A stretch of 43,959 nt of DNA. It comes from Myxococcota bacterium. Its GTDB lineage: Bacteria > Myxococcota_A > UBA796 > SXON01. Position 1 is the stretch's first letter; every line of letters begins with the position of its first letter. A model generated the notes under the pieces. The model did no database searches. It was given only the letters and a program-made list of their open reading frames with translations, and was not told the origin of the DNA. Location of the stretch: contig JAZKFH010000007.1 in the NCBI GenBank assembly GCA_040386535.1, positions 1-43,959 of the forward strand, in the 5' to 3' direction. The position numbers and the translations under genes are program-made. Below are positions 9,030 to 17,730 of the stretch, one piece after another.

Positions 9030-9808
9030 GACGCCACCAACACGCGCAACACGTCTTCGAGCGGCAGGGAGAGCGGATCGACACGCGCGCCGGCGGCAAG
9101 GAGCGCGAGCTCGGCGTCGCCCCGCGGGTCGTCCAGGAGCACGGTGCCACCGTCCTGCTGGAGGAGCCGCCCGCCCAACACGCGCGGAACGTCGACGTTC
9201 CCTGTCACGCGGATGGCGCGATACCGCGCGCGCCAGTCGTCGACCGGGGCGCGCGAACGGATCCGGCCCTTGAGGAGGAGCACCAGATCGGTGCACAGGC
9301 GCTCCAGGGCGCCCAGCTCCTGCGTGGCGAGGAGCACGGGGGCCTCGGCGGAGCGGTGGGAGATCCAACGCTCGGCGGCCGCGCGCGCCACAAGATCCAA
9401 CCCGAGGAACGGATCGTCGAGCACGTAGGCCGGGGCGCGCCGCGCGAGCGTCAGGATCAGCCCCAACCGCACGCGTTGGCCCTGGGACAGCGTGGTGGCG
9501 CGCGGTGGGAGATCGAACTCACGGATCATCTCCTCCGCCACGTTCGGCTCCCAGCCGGGGAGTTGGGCGCCCAGGCGCAACCAACGGGAGACGGGGATGC
9601 GCGGGTCGAGCGGGCAGCCCTCGGGCAGGTACGCGGCGCGGCCACCCTCGACGGTGCCGGAATTGGGCGGGAGCACGCCAGCCGCCACCGCCAGGAGCGT
9701 GCTCTTGCCAGAGCCGTTGAGCCCCACCACGCCGAGGCACACATCGGCACCCACGTCCAGATCGACACCCTCGAGCACGCCGTGTACGCGCACATCTGTC
9801 AACCGCAT
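9026..9808 (-). CDS. ABC transporter ATP-binding protein (YtrB-like), degenerate Walker B and H-loop
   Basis: Walker A GLNGSGKS, signature LSQGQ, Walker B YVLDDP, D-loop GLD. Confidence 0.9.
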   Translation of the reverse strand: MRLTDVRVHGVLEGVDLDVGADVCLGVVGLNGSGKSTLLAVAAGVLPPNSGTVEGGRAAYLPEGCPLDPRIPVSRWLRLGAQLPGWEPNVAEEMIREFDLPPRATTLSQGQRVRLGLILTLARRAPAYVLDDPFLGLDLVARAAAERWISHRSAEAPVLLATQELGALERLCTDLVLLLKGRIRSRAPVDDWRARYRAIRVTGNVDVPRVLGGRLLQQDGGTVLLDDPRGDAELALLAAGARVDPLSLPLEDVLRVLVAS

Positions 9809-10167
9809 TGCCGCTCCCGGGCGGCGCGCCGCACCAACGCCACCAACGCCTCCTCCCCGACACCGATGGCCTCGGCGCGCCGCCAGAGCGCCGCGACATC
9901 GTCCCAGAGCAGGCGCTGGCCGAGGTCGCCGACGGGGCCCACGACATAGGCGCCACCGCGCTGTCGGAGCAACGTGCCGTCCTCTTCGAGGGCGTGGTAG
10001 GCGCGGGCCAGCGTGTGGTAGTTCACCCGCAGCTCGGCCGCCAGCCGACGGAGCGAGGGCGCCTCGGTCCCCTCGACCAATTCGCCGCTGGCCACGGCAT
10101 CACGCAGGCCGTTGGCGAGCTGAAGGTACAGGGGGATGCCATTGGTCGGGTCGAGCGGGATCCGCAT
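9799..10167 (-). CDS. GntR family transcriptional regulator (YtrA subfamily)
   Basis: PLYLQL...GEL..G...PSLRRLAAELRVNYHTLARAY HTH; 122 aa; directly upstream of an ABC ATPase. Confidence 0.92.
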   Translation of the reverse strand: MRIPLDPTNGIPLYLQLANGLRDAVASGELVEGTEAPSLRRLAAELRVNYHTLARAYHALEEDGTLLRQRGGAYVVGPVGDLGQRLLWDDVAALWRRAEAIGVGEEALVALVRRAARERQCG

Positions 10168-10168
10168 T

Positions 10169-10192
10169 GCTGATCTATACCTATAGATCAGC
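10169..10192. promoter_or_regulatory. Perfect inverted repeat, likely GntR autoregulatory operator
   Basis: GCTGATCTATA-CC-TATAGATCAGC (11-bp arms), AT-rich, 1 nt upstream of the gntR start codon. Confidence 0.8.
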
Positions 10193-10362
10193 TGGCCGTA
10201 CAGCCCGGTCTCACGAATTACCGCGTGCCCGGCGGGAATCAGCGGCCCCGATCGGGGTGTTGCGCCCGGTCGGCAGCGGGGCGACGGACTGCGAGACGTT
10301 CGCCGGGTCACACGTTATGGGTGCGGATCCCGGCTTCCCGGCGCGGCTCGCGCGGAGACGTA

Positions 10363-10752
10363 ATGGCTCGAGTGCTCGTCATCGATGACAACGAAGATCT
10401 GCGGGAGCTTATGCAAATGATGCTCGAGGGCGCCGGGTACACCATCGAGCTCGCGGCCGACGGGCAGGCCGGCATGGCGGCCCAGCGCGCCCAACCGGCC
10501 GACCTCGTCGTGACCGACCTGTTCATGCCGGCCCAGGATGGGATCGAGACCATCCTCCAGCTGCGGAGCGAGTTCCCCAACGTCAAGGTGCTCGCGGTGT
10601 CCGGCGGGGGAAAGGTGAGCCAGGCCCAGAGCTACCTGCAGATCGCGAAGCAGATCGGGGCCGACGCGATCCTGTCGAAGCCGTTCGAGCAGGAGGACCT
10701 CCTGCGGACGGTGCGCGAGCTCCTGGGGCCCGCGGATGCCTCCTCGTCCTGA
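10363..10752 (+). CDS. Single-domain response regulator (receiver)
   Basis: VLVIDD, DLVVTDLFMPAQDG, SGG, KPF; GGAG upstream of ATG 10363. Confidence 0.92.
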   Translation: MARVLVIDDNEDLRELMQMMLEGAGYTIELAADGQAGMAAQRAQPADLVVTDLFMPAQDGIETILQLRSEFPNVKVLAVSGGGKVSQAQSYLQIAKQIGADAILSKPFEQEDLLRTVRELLGPADASSS

Positions 10753-10816
10753 GAGCGCGCTCATTGCGCGCGCGTTGGGGTGTGCGAGCCGACGGGGCCG
10801 ACGCTAAGACGTCGAC

Positions 10817-12853
10817 ATGTCGTCTCCCGTAGACTCGTCCCCCTCGGTGACGACCAATCGGCAGCTGGAAGCGGAGCGGCGCCACCTCCTCGAGCTGCTC
10901 CACCAGGCGCCGGGCTTCGTCTGCTACCTGCACGGGCCCGACATGGTGTTCGAGCTGGCGAACCCGGCGTACTACCAGCTCGTCGGGCACCGCGACATCA
11001 TCGGCAGGCCGGTCCGGGAGGCGCTGCCGGAGCTCGAAGGCCAGGGTTTCTTCGAGCTGTTGGACCAGGTGTTCACCACCGGCGTGCCGTTCGTGGGCCG
11101 TGGGATGGGGGTCGAGCTCCAGCGCCGACCCGGCGCCGCGGCCGAGCAGGCCTTCGTAGACCTGGTCTACCAGCCGATCCTCGACGCCGAGGGCCGCGTC
11201 ACCGGGCTCCTCGCCCAGGGCCACGACGTGTCCGAAGCCAGGCTGCAACAGGAGCGGCGCGAAGCCGCCGAGCAGGCGCTACGCACCTCGGAAGAGCGCT
11301 ACCGGACCCTCTTCCTGTCGATCGATGACGCGTTCTGCCTCATCGAGATCCTGCTCGGCGCGGACGGCCGCCCGTTCGACTACCGCTTCCTCGAGGCCAA
11401 CGCCGCGTTCGAGGGCCACACCGGCCTGGTCGCTCCGGTGGGCCGGACCGCCCTCGAGATGGTCCCCGACCTCCAGCCCTCGTGGGCCGAGCGCTACGGT
11501 GCCGTCGCCCTCACCGGGACCCCGCTCCGGTTCGAGAGCGAGGCGCCCGCGATGGAGCGCTGGTTCGACGTGTACGCCAACCGCACGGGCGCGCCGGAGC
11601 TGCGCCAGGTCGCGGTGGTGTTCAAGGACATCACCGCCCGTAAACGGTCCGAGTTCGAACGTGAACGCCTGCTCCTCCGCGAGAGCGAGGCCCGCGCCAG
11701 CGCCGAAGCGGCCAACCGCCTGAAGGACGATTTTCTCGCCAACGTCTCCCACGAGCTGCGCACGCCGCTCAGCGCGATGCTCGGCTGGGTCCAGGTCCTG
11801 CGGAGCGGCGGCGGCCCGCCCGAACGGTTCCAACGCGGCCTCGAGACCATCGAGCGCAACGCCCGGGCGCAGGCGCAGCTCATCGACGATCTGCTCGACG
11901 TCTCGCGGATCCTGTCGGGCAAGCTGAAGCTCGAGATCGAGCCGATCGATCTTGGCCCGATCGTCGAACAGGCGGTCGAATCCGTGCGTCCGGCCGCGGA
12001 TGCCCGCGGGATCGTCCTGCAGGTGGCCATGGACTCCGGCGGCACCGTCATGGGGGACGCGGGCCGCCTGCAGCAGATCGTCTGGAACCTGCTGACCAAC
12101 GCCATCAAGTTCAGCCCGCGCGGGCGGCGGGTCCAGGTGCTCGTCGAGCGCCGGCACTCGGCGATCGAGCTCACGGTCGCCGACACCGGCAACGGCATCG
12201 GCGCCGCCTTCCTCCCGTTCGTGTTCGAGCGCTTTCGGCAGGCGGACAGCGGCACTATGCGCCGGCATGGCGGGCTCGGGCTCGGGCTCTCGATCGTGAA
12301 GCACCTGGTCGAGGCGCACGGCGGCACGATCACGGCTGCGAGTGACGGAGAGGGCAAGGGCGCGACCTTCGTCGCCCGCCTGCCGATCGCGGTCACCCAC
12401 CGCCGGGAGGGGACGCCCGCGGTGTCGCGGGACCCATCGCCGACGATGGACTGCCCCCCGCAAATCGAGGGGCTCTCGATCCTCGTGGTCGACGACGACC
12501 GCGACGCCCGCGATCTCCTGCAGACGCTCTTCGAAGGATGCGACGCAAAGGTGACCCTCGCCTCCACGGCGGAGGAAGCGTTCGCGGCGCTGCGCCGGAT
12601 CCGACCCGATCTGATCGTCTCGGACATCGGGATGCCTGACCAGGACGGCTACGCCCTGATCCGCCGGATCCGCGCGCTCGACGCCGCGGACGGCGGGCTC
12701 ACCCCCGCGATCGCGCTGACCGCCTACGTGAGCACGAACGACCGGCTGCGCGTGCTCACCTCCGGCTTCGACAACCACGTTCCCAAGCCGGTCGAGCCGC
12801 TCGAGCTCCTCGCGGTGGTCAAGTCGGTCGTGCGGCGCGGCACCGGGCGGTAA
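10817..12853 (+). CDS. Hybrid PAS-PAS sensor histidine kinase with C-terminal receiver
   Basis: H-box VSHELRTPL, N-box NLLTNAIKFS, G1 DTGNGI, G2 GGLGLGL; receiver ILVVDDD...SDIGMP...KP; no transmembrane segments. Confidence 0.95.
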   Translation: MSSPVDSSPSVTTNRQLEAERRHLLELLHQAPGFVCYLHGPDMVFELANPAYYQLVGHRDIIGRPVREALPELEGQGFFELLDQVFTTGVPFVGRGMGVELQRRPGAAAEQAFVDLVYQPILDAEGRVTGLLAQGHDVSEARLQQERREAAEQALRTSEERYRTLFLSIDDAFCLIEILLGADGRPFDYRFLEANAAFEGHTGLVAPVGRTALEMVPDLQPSWAERYGAVALTGTPLRFESEAPAMERWFDVYANRTGAPELRQVAVVFKDITARKRSEFERERLLLRESEARASAEAANRLKDDFLANVSHELRTPLSAMLGWVQVLRSGGGPPERFQRGLETIERNARAQAQLIDDLLDVSRILSGKLKLEIEPIDLGPIVEQAVESVRPAADARGIVLQVAMDSGGTVMGDAGRLQQIVWNLLTNAIKFSPRGRRVQVLVERRHSAIELTVADTGNGIGAAFLPFVFERFRQADSGTMRRHGGLGLGLSIVKHLVEAHGGTITAASDGEGKGATFVARLPIAVTHRREGTPAVSRDPSPTMDCPPQIEGLSILVVDDDRDARDLLQTLFEGCDAKVTLASTAEEAFAALRRIRPDLIVSDIGMPDQDGYALIRRIRALDAADGGLTPAIALTAYVSTNDRLRVLTSGFDNHVPKPVEPLELLAVVKSVVRRGTGR

Positions 12854-12905
12854 TTGCGGCGCCCATTCGCCCGGTCCTACCGCGGACCCGGTGCTACAGT
12901 GCCGC

Positions 12906-14339
12906 ATGCAAACGATTCTCCTCTGGGGCAGCCTTCTCGCCTGTGTAGCGCCCGATGGGGAGGGTCCCGACTCGCCCGATGGAGAGGGCCCCGGCGAGCC
13001 GGATACCCTCGTCCTGACCGACGAGTACCCCGACTACACACCCGCGGGCGACGCGGTCTACATCCGCTACGACGACGTGCCGAACATGGTCCGCGCCACC
13101 CCGGCGGGCGTAGAGGCGCTCGACCTCGGAGCGCGGGTGCCGCTCTGGGCGGAGGCCACTCCCGACGGGCGGTTCCTGCTGGTGCTCACGTCGAGCGCCA
13201 CGGGCGTCGAGCACGTGCTGGTGGAGGACGGCGCGATCGTGATGGCGTTCGCGGATCAGGAGAACAACCGCGTGGCGGCCTCCCCCGATGGGCGCCACCT
13301 CGTCCTCTGGTTCGACGGCACCCTCGATCCCCACACCGAGCTCCTCGTCGACGTGGGGCAGGTCACGTTGGTCGACACCGAATTGGGTGTGGCAACACGC
13401 GTGGCCACCGGTCTGGTGCCAAAGTCGGTGTCGGTCGCCCACGAGAGAGCGTTGGTGGTGGGGACCCGCGGCGCGCTCTCCCTCGACCTGCTGACGCAGA
13501 GCGCGGGAGAGGCCTACGACTTCGATGCCGAGGGCGTCGCGAGCGGCGCCTGGGGCTACTGGGGCGTCATCTCGGCGGACGAGGCTTATGGGTTCGTCTC
13601 CGGAGCGCCCGACGAGATGGACGCCACCGTGGTCCGACTCGGCCTCGCCGCGCGGAGCGTGCTCCCCACCAAGGCCCCCGTCAGCGAGGAGGACGAGCGG
13701 ATCGGCAACGAGCAGACCCCCTGGCTCTTCCGCGTGGGCGACTCGCTGTTCGCGCACATCGACAACATCGGGCTGACGACCTTCGACCCCGAGACGCTCG
13801 CCTTCTCGCTCGTGAACGCCCGCGTGGAGTTCTCGATGATGGAGGTGCAGGCGGATCGCGCGGTCCTGTACGGCGGAGACGGCACGCACCTGCTCTGGAC
13901 CGACCCCGTCGCCCTGCACACCGACGGGGTCGACAGCGGGCAGAACCGCATCTGGTTCGGGGACGACCATGCCGTGCTCCAGCGCTACGAGGGCGAGGCC
14001 TGGCACGCCAAGGTGCTCGACCTCGCCACCGGTGACACCTGGCTTCAGCCGCTCCAGGACGTGCTCGATTGGGCGGCCCTGATGACCGTGGGCGGAAGCC
14101 CCATGGCGCTGGTCGCGATCGACGGGGTCGAGACGTACGGCCTGATGACGCTCGTCGAAGGCGCCTCACTCAGCTCCATCGGCACCGAACGTTTCTTGTT
14201 CGGCGCCATGGCAAACAGCGAGGCGTTCTACGTCACCGACCGCGACGAGGCGGGGTTCATCGCCTTCGTCGACCCCGTGAGCTTCGAGCAGACCGAGCAC
14301 CGCGACTTCACGGCGCTGGACCTGCTGCGCGAGCCGTAG
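12906..14339 (+). CDS. Lipoprotein, probable beta-propeller/YncE-like fold
   Basis: MQTILLWGSLLAC lipobox, acidic linker, TPDGRFLLV and SPDGRHLVL blade-like motifs. Confidence 0.75.
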   Translation: MQTILLWGSLLACVAPDGEGPDSPDGEGPGEPDTLVLTDEYPDYTPAGDAVYIRYDDVPNMVRATPAGVEALDLGARVPLWAEATPDGRFLLVLTSSATGVEHVLVEDGAIVMAFADQENNRVAASPDGRHLVLWFDGTLDPHTELLVDVGQVTLVDTELGVATRVATGLVPKSVSVAHERALVVGTRGALSLDLLTQSAGEAYDFDAEGVASGAWGYWGVISADEAYGFVSGAPDEMDATVVRLGLAARSVLPTKAPVSEEDERIGNEQTPWLFRVGDSLFAHIDNIGLTTFDPETLAFSLVNARVEFSMMEVQADRAVLYGGDGTHLLWTDPVALHTDGVDSGQNRIWFGDDHAVLQRYEGEAWHAKVLDLATGDTWLQPLQDVLDWAALMTVGGSPMALVAIDGVETYGLMTLVEGASLSSIGTERFLFGAMANSEAFYVTDRDEAGFIAFVDPVSFEQTEHRDFTALDLLREP

Positions 14340-14345
14340 GCCTCG

Positions 14346-14801
14346 ATGCCGAAGAACAGCGCCGGCATCCTCCTCTACCGCCACGGCGCCGATCTCCAGG
14401 TGCTGCTCGTCCACCCGGGCGGGCCGTTCTGGGCGCGCAAGGACCTGGGCGCGTGGTCGGTCCCGAAGGGAGAGGTCGACCCTGGAGAGGACACGCTCGC
14501 CGCGGCGAAGCGCGAGTTTCGTGAGGAGCTGGGCGCCGAGATCGAGGGCGCGTTCCTGCCGCTCACGCCGGTGCGGCAGCGGAGCGGCAAGATCGTGTAC
14601 GCGTGGGCGGTGGCGGGTGACTTCGACCCGGCCACCCTCCGCAGCAACCTCTTCGAGATGGAGTGGCCGCCACGGTCGGGGAAGCTCGCCACGTTTCCGG
14701 AGGTCGACCGCGCGGCCTGGTTCGGGATCGCCGAGGCGAGGCAGAAGATCCTGGCTGCCCAGGCGCCGCTGCTCGACCAGCTGATCACGCTGCTGGCTTG
14801 A
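14346..14801 (+). CDS. NUDIX hydrolase (predicted NTP pyrophosphohydrolase, COG4119-like)
   Basis: SAGILLYR, VLLVHPGGPFW, Nudix box PKGEVDPGEDTLAAAKREFREELG, FPEVDRAAWF. Confidence 0.93.
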   Translation: MPKNSAGILLYRHGADLQVLLVHPGGPFWARKDLGAWSVPKGEVDPGEDTLAAAKREFREELGAEIEGAFLPLTPVRQRSGKIVYAWAVAGDFDPATLRSNLFEMEWPPRSGKLATFPEVDRAAWFGIAEARQKILAAQAPLLDQLITLLA

Positions 14802-16310
14802 CTATCGGTGGATCTCGAAGACCGCGACCGAGCCGCTGATCTCGTAGCTCACGACCAGGAGCGGCACGCCGTCCGGCGCATCCTCCGCGTCGATGACGAG
14901 CACGCCCTCGGGGCCGAGGTCGCCCGCGGTGCCGTCCTCGGGGTCGCCGCCCGGGTCGCGGGTGTTGACGTAGCTGTCGAGCGCGGGCGCCGAAGGATCG
15001 GACAGGTCGTACACGACCACGCCGCCGATGCGCTCGAGGCCAAGGAAGGCGTACCAGTCGCCCCACAACTTCGCCACGTCGAGCCCCTCGGGCTCCGGGC
15101 CCTTGTCGTCGCTGCGGCCGTCGAAGGTCTGATCCTCGTGGTTGGCGTTGAACCTCGACGGTGCCGCGTCCGCGATGAGCTGCTCCAGCTCGTCCCCGCC
15201 GTCCCACACCAGCTCCCCGGCGTCGGACCACACGGCGAGCGAGCGGGCGCCGAAGGCGTAGAGGGCGTCGAAGTCGCCGTCGCCGTCGTCGTCGCCGAGG
15301 GCGTTCGTGACGCGCAGGCGGCCGAGCCGGGCGTTCGCCTTGAGCGAGGCGCCGTTCGGGAACGCGGTCGGGTCGAGCGCCAGGCCGCCGACACGGGCCT
15401 CCTCGTTGAACGCCGTGTAGGCGCGCGCGTCGCCTTCGTTGGCGGTCACGAGGAAGGTGTCGCCCCGGTGGTGGATCGAGCCGATCGAGTCCGGCTGGTA
15501 CATCCCGAGCACCGGCCACGGCGCGATGGCGATGGCGCTGTCCCGATCACTCGGGTCGAGGGCCGAGGCCGACCAGTCCTTGAAGCCGAGCCCGACGATG
15601 TCGGTCACCTCGCCCGACTTGATGTCCACGATGGCGAAGGCGTTGTTCTCCTGGAGCGTCACCCAGGCGGTCTTCGAGTCGTGCGAGACGGTGATGTACT
15701 CGGGCTCGAGATCCTGGGCGACCGTGGCGCCGGGGCCGTAGATGCGCACGCTCGGATCGAGGTCCTCCGCCGCCCAGCCGCCGAAGTCGGCGGTGCGCAC
15801 GTCCGCGTCGGTCAGCGACTCGATGCCACCACGCAGGTCGATCACGCTCACCGACCCCTCGGGGTCGTTCGTGTAGTCGTCGCTGGGCTCGCCCTCGTTC
15901 GCGACGAGCAGGTAGTCGCCGTTGGGGGTGAAGCGAAGCATGTCCGGCAGCGCGCCGACGGTCACCGCGGAGAGCAGGGCGCCGTCCACATCGTAGAAGG
16001 CCACCACGCCCGGGTCCTGCTTGACGTCGGCCTCGATGGCCGCGACCAGCACGCCGTCGTGAAGGGCAACGCTGTTGGCCTGGCCGCCCAGCGCGCCGAT
16101 GTCGATGAAGCCGACCCAGGTGGGGGCGGTCGGGTCGGACAGATCGAGCACATCGAGGCCGGAGATGGACGCGTTGACCACGAACAGGCGCGCGGTGGCC
16201 GGATCGAAGGCAGCGATCTCGGCGGCGCCCTCGGCGAACACGCCGCTGGACCAGCTACCCACGGGATCGAGCGTGACTGCGGACGCGATGGACGCGAGGA
16301 GGAGGACCAT
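14802..16310 (-). CDS. Secreted choice-of-anchor I family (alkaline-phosphatase-associated beta-propeller) protein
   Basis: AAEIAAFDP, VGALPDM, VANEGEP, DLEPEYI, LQENNA, GMYQPD, RSDDKGPEPEG, GLERIGG, DLGPEG motifs. Confidence 0.88.
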   Translation of the reverse strand: MVLLLASIASAVTLDPVGSWSSGVFAEGAAEIAAFDPATARLFVVNASISGLDVLDLSDPTAPTWVGFIDIGALGGQANSVALHDGVLVAAIEADVKQDPGVVAFYDVDGALLSAVTVGALPDMLRFTPNGDYLLVANEGEPSDDYTNDPEGSVSVIDLRGGIESLTDADVRTADFGGWAAEDLDPSVRIYGPGATVAQDLEPEYITVSHDSKTAWVTLQENNAFAIVDIKSGEVTDIVGLGFKDWSASALDPSDRDSAIAIAPWPVLGMYQPDSIGSIHHRGDTFLVTANEGDARAYTAFNEEARVGGLALDPTAFPNGASLKANARLGRLRVTNALGDDDGDGDFDALYAFGARSLAVWSDAGELVWDGGDELEQLIADAAPSRFNANHEDQTFDGRSDDKGPEPEGLDVAKLWGDWYAFLGLERIGGVVVYDLSDPSAPALDSYVNTRDPGGDPEDGTAGDLGPEGVLVIDAEDAPDGVPLLVVSYEISGSVAVFEIHR

Positions 16311-16395
16311 GGAGACTCCGGTGTCTCCCAGCGTTAACCGCGCGTCGCACGCCGCGTCACGCCGTCACCGAAGCTTCGCCGGACCGCCCCATGGC

Positions 16396-16947
16396 CTACC
16401 CGGGCGCCCGGCCGTCCCACCCGGACACGGGAGGCAGGGCGCGCAGCCCGAAGAACCGGAAGAGCGCGGCGAGCGCGCCGATGACCGAGCGTTCGGCCCG
16501 GGAGGTCGGCACGGCGGAGCCCTGGAGCATGGACGCGTACCCGTGGACGATGAGGACCGGGACGCCCGTGACCGGGAACTTCTCCCCGTCGGGGAAGCGG
16601 ACCGCGATTGGCACGAACTGGTCCTCCAACGCGGTGCCGTCGAGCGTGCACTCGGTCACGGCGGGCGTGGCCCCCGCGTTGTGGAAGCGGTGGGGCACGC
16701 CGGGCGGGATGGCGAGCTGGTCCCCGGGGTACAGCGCGCTCCGCTCCCCCGCGAGCCAGACCTGGAGCTCGCCCGACACCATCCGGAAGTGCTCCGTCTC
16801 GCGGGTGTGGGTATGCTCGCTCGGCCCGGACTGGCCGGGCGCGAGGGTCCACGTGAACCGGAAGCGCCCGTCCCCGCCGCGCGCGGAGGTGTGGAAGTGG
16901 AACGTCTCGCCGGTAGGCGGGGAGCGCAGGACGATGGGCTGGGACAC
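16396..16947 (-). CDS. Cupin domain protein
   Basis: HTHTRETEHFRMVSGEL and PGDQLAIPPGVPHRFHN cupin motifs; GGAGG before GTG 16947. Confidence 0.88.
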   Translation of the reverse strand: MSQPIVLRSPPTGETFHFHTSARGGDGRFRFTWTLAPGQSGPSEHTHTRETEHFRMVSGELQVWLAGERSALYPGDQLAIPPGVPHRFHNAGATPAVTECTLDGTALEDQFVPIAVRFPDGEKFPVTGVPVLIVHGYASMLQGSAVPTSRAERSVIGALAALFRFFGLRALPPVSGWDGRAPG

Positions 16948-16962
16948 GGCACCTCCGAAAGA

Positions 16963-16977
16963 GTTATCATTGATAAC
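16963..16977. promoter_or_regulatory. Palindromic operator between divergent cupin and TetR genes
   Basis: GTTATCA-T-TGATAAC, AT-rich in a high-GC context. Confidence 0.75.
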
Positions 16978-17037
16978 ACACGCGCTGCCGCCACGACAAC
17001 CGCCGTCCCCCCAACCGCCGCCCCACCAACCGCCGCC

Positions 17038-17712
17038 ATGACCGCCGCCTCGACCCCACGGGGCCCCGCGCTCCGCGAGGCGCTGCTGCGGGAAACCCTG
17101 GCCATCCTCGAAGAGGGCGGTATCGGCGCGCTCAACCTCCGGCTCCTCGCGTCTCGCATCGGCGTGACCCAGCCGGCGCTCTACCGCCACTTTCCCAGCC
17201 GGGACGCCCTGCTCGAGGCAGTGCGCGCGCGCGGCCTCCTCGCGCTCGACGCCGCGTGCCTGGCCGCGGTCGGGGACGACGAGCCGTACGGGCGCCTCGT
17301 CCGCATCGGGGGCGCCTACGTGCGCTTCTCCGCCGAGAACCCCGGGTGGTTCCGCCTCGGCTTCGGGACCCGCCACGACACCGCGCCGCCGCCGGCCCCC
17401 CCGTCGAGCGCGTCGCCCACCTGCCAGCTCCTGGCGCTCGGCTCCCTCGCGCGGATCGTCCCCCTGGAGGATCCCGCGTTCGGGCCCAGCTTCCGCGCGT
17501 GGTGGGGCCTCTGCCACGGCCTCGGCGGGCTGGTGGTGGAGCGCGTGTTCCGGCTCGTCGACACCGACACGGCGCGCCTCGACGCCGCGAACGACGCGAT
17601 CGCGAGCTACGGCGACACGTTGCGCGCCCGCTGGGGCCCGCCGCGGCCCGACGAGGGCTACGCGCCGGGTGTCCTGCTCGCGGCGCTCCGCCGGGGCCTC
17701 CCCACGGGTTGA
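17038..17712 (+). CDS. TetR/AcrR family transcriptional regulator
   Basis: HTH GIGALNLRLLASRIGVTQPALYRHFPSRDALL; C-terminal WWGLCHG (WHG-like). Confidence 0.9.
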   Translation: MTAASTPRGPALREALLRETLAILEEGGIGALNLRLLASRIGVTQPALYRHFPSRDALLEAVRARGLLALDAACLAAVGDDEPYGRLVRIGGAYVRFSAENPGWFRLGFGTRHDTAPPPAPPSSASPTCQLLALGSLARIVPLEDPAFGPSFRAWWGLCHGLGGLVVERVFRLVDTDTARLDAANDAIASYGDTLRARWGPPRPDEGYAPGVLLAALRRGLPTG

Positions 17713-17730
17713 GAGCGGTAGCGGTGACCC

